Below, one piece after another: positions 53,901-64,000 of a stretch of 64,000 nucleotides of DNA (positions are counted from its first letter, which is position 1; the number at the start of each line of letters is the position of its first letter). Both the position numbers and the translations under genes were made by a program. The notes under the pieces are model-generated. The model worked only from the letters and a program-made list of their open reading frames with translations. It had not been told where the DNA came from and made no database searches. The stretch spans positions 23,584,001 to 23,648,000 of the forward strand of contig CP086569.2 in assembly GCA_009914755.4 (NCBI GenBank). The letters run 5' to 3'. This DNA is from the human T2T-CHM13v2.0 reference genome, Homo sapiens.

Positions 53901-55336
53901 GCAGCACCCTCACAGAGACACCAAGGATTAATTCTTTGCATTCTTCAATCTAACCACATTGACACTTAGTATTAACTATCACAAGTCCACCCCTTGTCAA
54001 CTTGAACCCACACATATCTCCTGAGATCATACACAATCTTTGAATAAGGAAAATAATAAGGTCACAAGTATGCCTAATATAATACAACTATTCTTCACAC
54101 AACTGGAAATGCAGAAATCCCCAACCCAAATACCATAACGTAAAGTTAATAATACTTAAGTGCTAATGCAAAGTCAATAAATCTTATAACACATAATGAA
54201 GGAAAAAGGAAATAAAGATATTTTCTTAGTATGAGTGTATAAACACAAAAAAATTTTTTTAACAAAAGAAGAAGGAAATACAGTTACAGCCCTCGCTTTT
54301 GCAGCTGATCAAGTGGTTGTACCTGGTATTGATGACTACCTTCTTCTACTACCCTTTCTATATTCCCTTTGGTTTCAGCAAGCACCTGAGCATATTTTGA
54401 GATTGGCCAGAGTGAGACAGTATCACTAAGCATGTTAATTAATTAATTAATTAGGTTAAATCAATCTTTTAACCAAATGACTTAGAAATGTAAAAAGCAA
54501 AAACCTTCTATAATTCTTTACAAATTTTGCTAAAGAACAGATTTGTGCCCTAAGAGTACTTTGTTGTATTTTTATTGCAAGCCTCAATTTACAAAAAACC
54601 CATATAATAACTTTTTAAATTTAATTAATGTTCACAAAAGAATTCCTTTGGCAAGATTAATTTTAACAATCCTTCCACAGCTTGTTTGAACTGTTAGCTT
54701 TATCTTATCTAATTGAGAACAAATGTTTTACCCTAGGCAAGAATTTATATATTCATGCCTTCTTATAATTTTTTATTAAAAACACATTTTACTGTATGTA
54801 AATCATTTACTCATATATAACTCTACTTCCAGTGCTTTTAATTACATCTTATAATGGTAACTTCTAGCAATTTTAACTTTAATGTAAAACCAGGTAAATT
54901 GTTTTAATTATGTGCTAGGTGCAGTCAAGGGTTTGACTCCTTTCAGCATAATTAAGGGTATGGTTAATTCTATTTGTCCTCAGGCCTTACCAACAGTGAA
55001 GCAAAGTTGAACTGCTCTCAAAAACCAAAAATGCTGTTTATAACCTTAAAACATTTAGCAAATCTAGTATTTCACCTGCATAATTTCGTCCACCCACTGA
55101 TACATTGATATTTGTGTTCTACTGATAATCTTTAAGGCTGTTTTTATTTCTCAAAGATTAAAAGTCATGTGAACAAAAAGGTACATGTCTTTTTTCTTCC
55201 CTTCAATAAATATTTGATCCAAGTTCTTATCATTCTTTAAGTAAATTTATTAGACCTCTTTATATAGACATCATACACACAACATATATATATAACTACA
55301 GAAACAGGCTGAAGAAAACCTAGTAATTATAAGGTT

Positions 55337-55645
55337 TTTGTTGTTGTTGTTGTTGTTGTTTTGAGACAGAGTCTCGCTCTGTCACCCAGGCGGGAGTGCA
55401 GTGGCGCGATCTTGGCTCTCTGCAACCTCTGCCTCTGCAACCTCAACCTCACGCCATTCACCTGGCTCAGCCTCCTGAGTAGCTGGGACTACAGGCGTCC
55501 ACCTGGTTAATTTTTTGTATTTTTAGTAGAGATGGGGTTTCAACATGTTAGCCTGGATGGCCTCTATCTCCTGACCTCGTGGTCCTCCTGCCTCAGCCTC
55601 CCAAAGTGCTGAGATTACAGGCATAAGCCACCACACCCAGCTGTC
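55337..55645 (-). mobile_element. Alu, reverse orientation, preceded by (TTG)n
   Basis: ttgttgttgttgttgttgtTTTGAGACAGAGTCTCGCTCTGTCACCCAGGCGGGAGTGCAGTGGCGCGATCTTGGCTC...CCTCAGCCTCCCAAAGTGCTGAGATTACAGGCATAAGCCACCACACCCAGC. Confidence 0.9.
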
Positions 55646-57769
55646 ATAAGGTTTTTTATTTGCCAATTTCCAGATTGAATTACTGTCCTCTCATGCATGC
55701 ATTAGAGTGGCCAGACAAAATGAAGAAAAAGGATTCAGTTGACTGAGAAAAAAACTTCTACCAGCAAAACAAGATCCAGGAAAAGAAAAATATAAAGGTC
55801 TTTTAAATATACCTATAATTTGGATATCCACTTTTAATTAAGTTGAGGACTCTTTAAGAATATCCTTTTAATTTTTTTATTACCTGACTCTAGTAGCACC
55901 AAGCAGCCAGTGTTTCTGGCTTTCAAATTTTAACAAAAGTAACTTACCAGGTGCTCAGAGGAAAAAAAAAAAAAAAGTAAGGCAGTTTGTTAAGTGGAAG
56001 AGAATCAGCAAAGGGCAAAAGTTACATGCTGATATAAAACCAGAAGAGACTCTTTCCTTAAGCCAGGATTAAACCTGGGCCACCATTGTAAAATGGCAGA
56101 GGCCAAAACAAAACAGAGCCACATTGGTTCAGGTCATGTTCCTGAAAACATAAAACAAGATGGATGCCTGCGCAAAATTTTCTGACAGCTATAGAGAAGG
56201 ACATACAAAGCACACCAGATTGGCCACAGCTCTAGACCAACCTGAGAAACATCTATTCACAATCAAAACTCTACAAAGAATATAAGCAGTGATCATTGGG
56301 GCATTGTCCGGCAAAACATTTCATATGAAGAAAACAAAAAAACCTTCTGCTTAAAAGTAAATTGCAGACAGGATGAAGAAAAGAAAAAAAAAGTCTTAAG
56401 TGTAGAGCAGGAAAGACAATTTTCTTTCTTATGCAAATGAGTTCCTTCAACAAGGAGAAAAACTTAATGCTGTTGGGTGAGGTTGGATCCCTTGGTCGGT
56501 GAACATGAAGACACCATGAGTGCCTCGCATTTTTCAGCCCAGAGGAGATGGGAATGAAGAGCTGCCATTCAACTACCATCCCACATGTGCCTGGGGCTGT
56601 TTGGGTAGGGTGTTGAAGAGTTTCCTCTATCCTCAGGAGAAGTCCAAGAATGAAAACACTTACAAACAAAATAGAAAAAGATTTTTTAGTTTACATCTTA
56701 CTTACCTCAAGCCCCACATCTAGACACCGAAATGTTATAGAACTTTCTCCTTAGTTAAGCTAAAACAAGGATCTTCTCACATGATTATGAAGGAAGAGTC
56801 TAATGAATACACTGAAGGGTTAGGAGTAAAGTTTATTGGGCCAAAAGGAAAAAGAAAACAACAACAACAACATCAACAACAAAGTGTCAGCAGAGTGGGA
56901 AGCACTCGTGTTATCTGGCCCTGACCTCACAGATTGAGGAACACCAGGTCACAACATAGCAACTTAAGAATCCAGGTTCCTCTCCTGCCAAAAGGTGTGA
57001 ATTTCAGTGGCTCCACCTCCTTTTCCCATTGCACAGGTAGGCATTATTCAGAAAGAAGCCGTCAGAAAATGGCTGGCTTCATTTGAAACCAGCAGTCCAA
57101 TTTTTCAGCCATCAGGCTGAAATGAAGTAAGACACTTTATAGTTGTTGTAAATTTTTTTCTTGAATTTCTTTTTCAGATGGCTTTTTCTTGGCATGAAAA
57201 TATGCTCCTACTAAGTTTTTAAAGTGAATTTGGTATTCTGCTACTTAACTGAATTTCTTTATCAATTCTCAAGATTTTTAGTGTAGTATTTAAGTTTTGC
57301 TATACAAACAGTTAAGAGATCTGCAAACAGATAATTTGACTTTCTTCCTTTTTATTTGGATGTCTTTTATTTCTTTCTCTTGCATAAATAATCTTGCTAA
57401 GACCTCCAGTACTCTGTTGAATAAAAGTGGTAAAAGTAGACATCACTGTCTTCTTCTAGGTCTTAAGTAAAAAGCCTTCACCTTTTAATGTTCAGTGTCT
57501 TATCAGGTATTGATTTGTCATATTTTGCCTTAACTGTGTTGTGTTACATACCATCTGTACCTAACTTGTTCACTTGTTTTAATCACAAAACATGCTAAAT
57601 TTTTCAAAATAATTTTTCTGCATCTAAAATAAAAAATAAAGTGCCTAGCAGTAAACTTAATTAAAAAGATAAACACTGTCTACACTATAAATTATAAAAC
57701 ATTAATTAAAAAACTAAAAAATATGAAAAACATGAGAAATATTTTTTGTTCATGAGTTATAAAAAATAT

Positions 57770-58699
57770 TGCTAAAATGACTATGCTACTCAAGGTAATC
57801 AACAGATTCAATGCAAACTCAATAAAAATACCAATGACATTTTTTCACAGAAATGGAAAAAAACAGGCCTAAAATCTATAGTGAACAAAAGAAACTCCCC
57901 AAATAGCCAAAGTCATCTAGCAAAAAAGAACAAAGCTGAAAGCATCAAATTACCCGACTTCTAAATATACTGCAAAGCTATAACAAGCAAACAGAGTGAT
58001 ACCGGCATATGAAACAGACAGATAGAACAAAGTATCCATTGATTCTAGTAATAAATTAATAAGCCTAGAGCCAAATAATTTTTAAGGTATTTAAGAGACA
58101 TATTTAAGAAAAGTCAACCTCATCAATAAATGGTGCTGTAAAATTAATTTCTTAAATACAAAGTAATACAACTAGATGCCTACCTGTTACCATATTTTAA
58201 AAACTTAATTAAAAATAAATAGAAGATTAAAATGTAAAACTCAAACTTATAAAACAATTTCCATAAAACATATAGAAATTCTTAATCAGATAGGACAGAA
58301 AAAATTTTTAAATAAGACCCCAGAAGCACAGGCAACAAAAGCAAAAGCAGACAAGTAAAATTACCAGAATCTAAAAAAAAAAAAAAAAAAATAGTAAAAA
58401 TAAATTTACAGAGTGAAGAGACAGCTTACACTGTGGGAGACTATATCTGCAAAATATACATATGACAAGAGATAAACATACGAATACATAACAATTTTAA
58501 GAGCAATAATAACACACTATTTAGTAATAGGCAAGATACCTTAACTGACATTTCCTCAAAGAAGACATACGAATGGCCAATTACATACAATGATGCTCAG
58601 CATTATTAATTATTAGAAAACTGCAAATCAAAGCCAAAATAAGACACCAAATCACTGCAGTAAAAATGAGTATAATTGGAAATGATACATTTCTGACCC

Positions 58700-58700
<1 letters not shown>
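57770..58700 (+). mobile_element. Old L1 (L1M-like) ORF2 3' fragment abutting the satellite array
   Basis: Translation contains RFNAIPIKIPMTFFTEMEK..PKIYSEQKKLPNSQSHLAKKNKAESIKLPDFKIYCKAITSKQ, recognisably L1 ORF2 (..[31 protein letters not shown]..) but highly decayed. Confidence 0.7.

Positions 58701-64000
<5,300 letters not shown>

Overview
This window is primate, almost certainly human, nuclear DNA. It is dense in repeats and contains no intact protein-coding gene. It is not a prokaryotic locus: there are no operons, Shine-Dalgarno spacing, CRISPR arrays or tRNAs, and I see no candidate new biological system.

The window contains:
- At least 20 Alu elements or fragments, several with readable target-site duplications (TSDs).
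- A multi-exon, intron-containing pseudogene of the RBMY/RBMX (hnRNP G) family on the minus strand, about 14.3-21.5 kb. It carries a frameshift and several in-frame stops, so it is best read as an RBMY-type (Y-linked) pseudogene.
- A full-length L1 (6.18 kb, minus strand, 12-bp TSD) whose ORF1 is split by a second, nested L1 insertion. The nested L1 shows a classic twin-priming 5' inversion.
- A 10.2-kb ERV9/HERV9-type provirus (plus strand, 4-bp TSD ATGA) with LTR12-like LTRs of unequal length. Recognisable PBS, gag zinc knuckle, protease DTG, RT YVDD, integrase and env TM motifs are all present but disrupted.
- A THE1-like MaLR solo LTR and two old L1M fragments.
- Two unusual pyrimidine-rich degenerate tandem arrays at 5.3-8.5 kb.
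- A large 71-72-bp-unit satellite array from about 58.7 kb to the window end. It resembles beta satellite (Sau3A/BSR family), carries an Alu insertion with a TSD, and the start and end of its visible portion repeat at ~5 kb spacing (segmental duplication or higher-order structure).

The RBMY-family pseudogene, beta-satellite-like array and ERV9 provirus together suggest Y-chromosomal ampliconic or heterochromatin-border DNA. That assignment is an inference from content, not a measured fact.

All family names are from memory of consensus sequences. Coordinates of repeat ends are approximate to within about 10 bp unless a TSD pins them.
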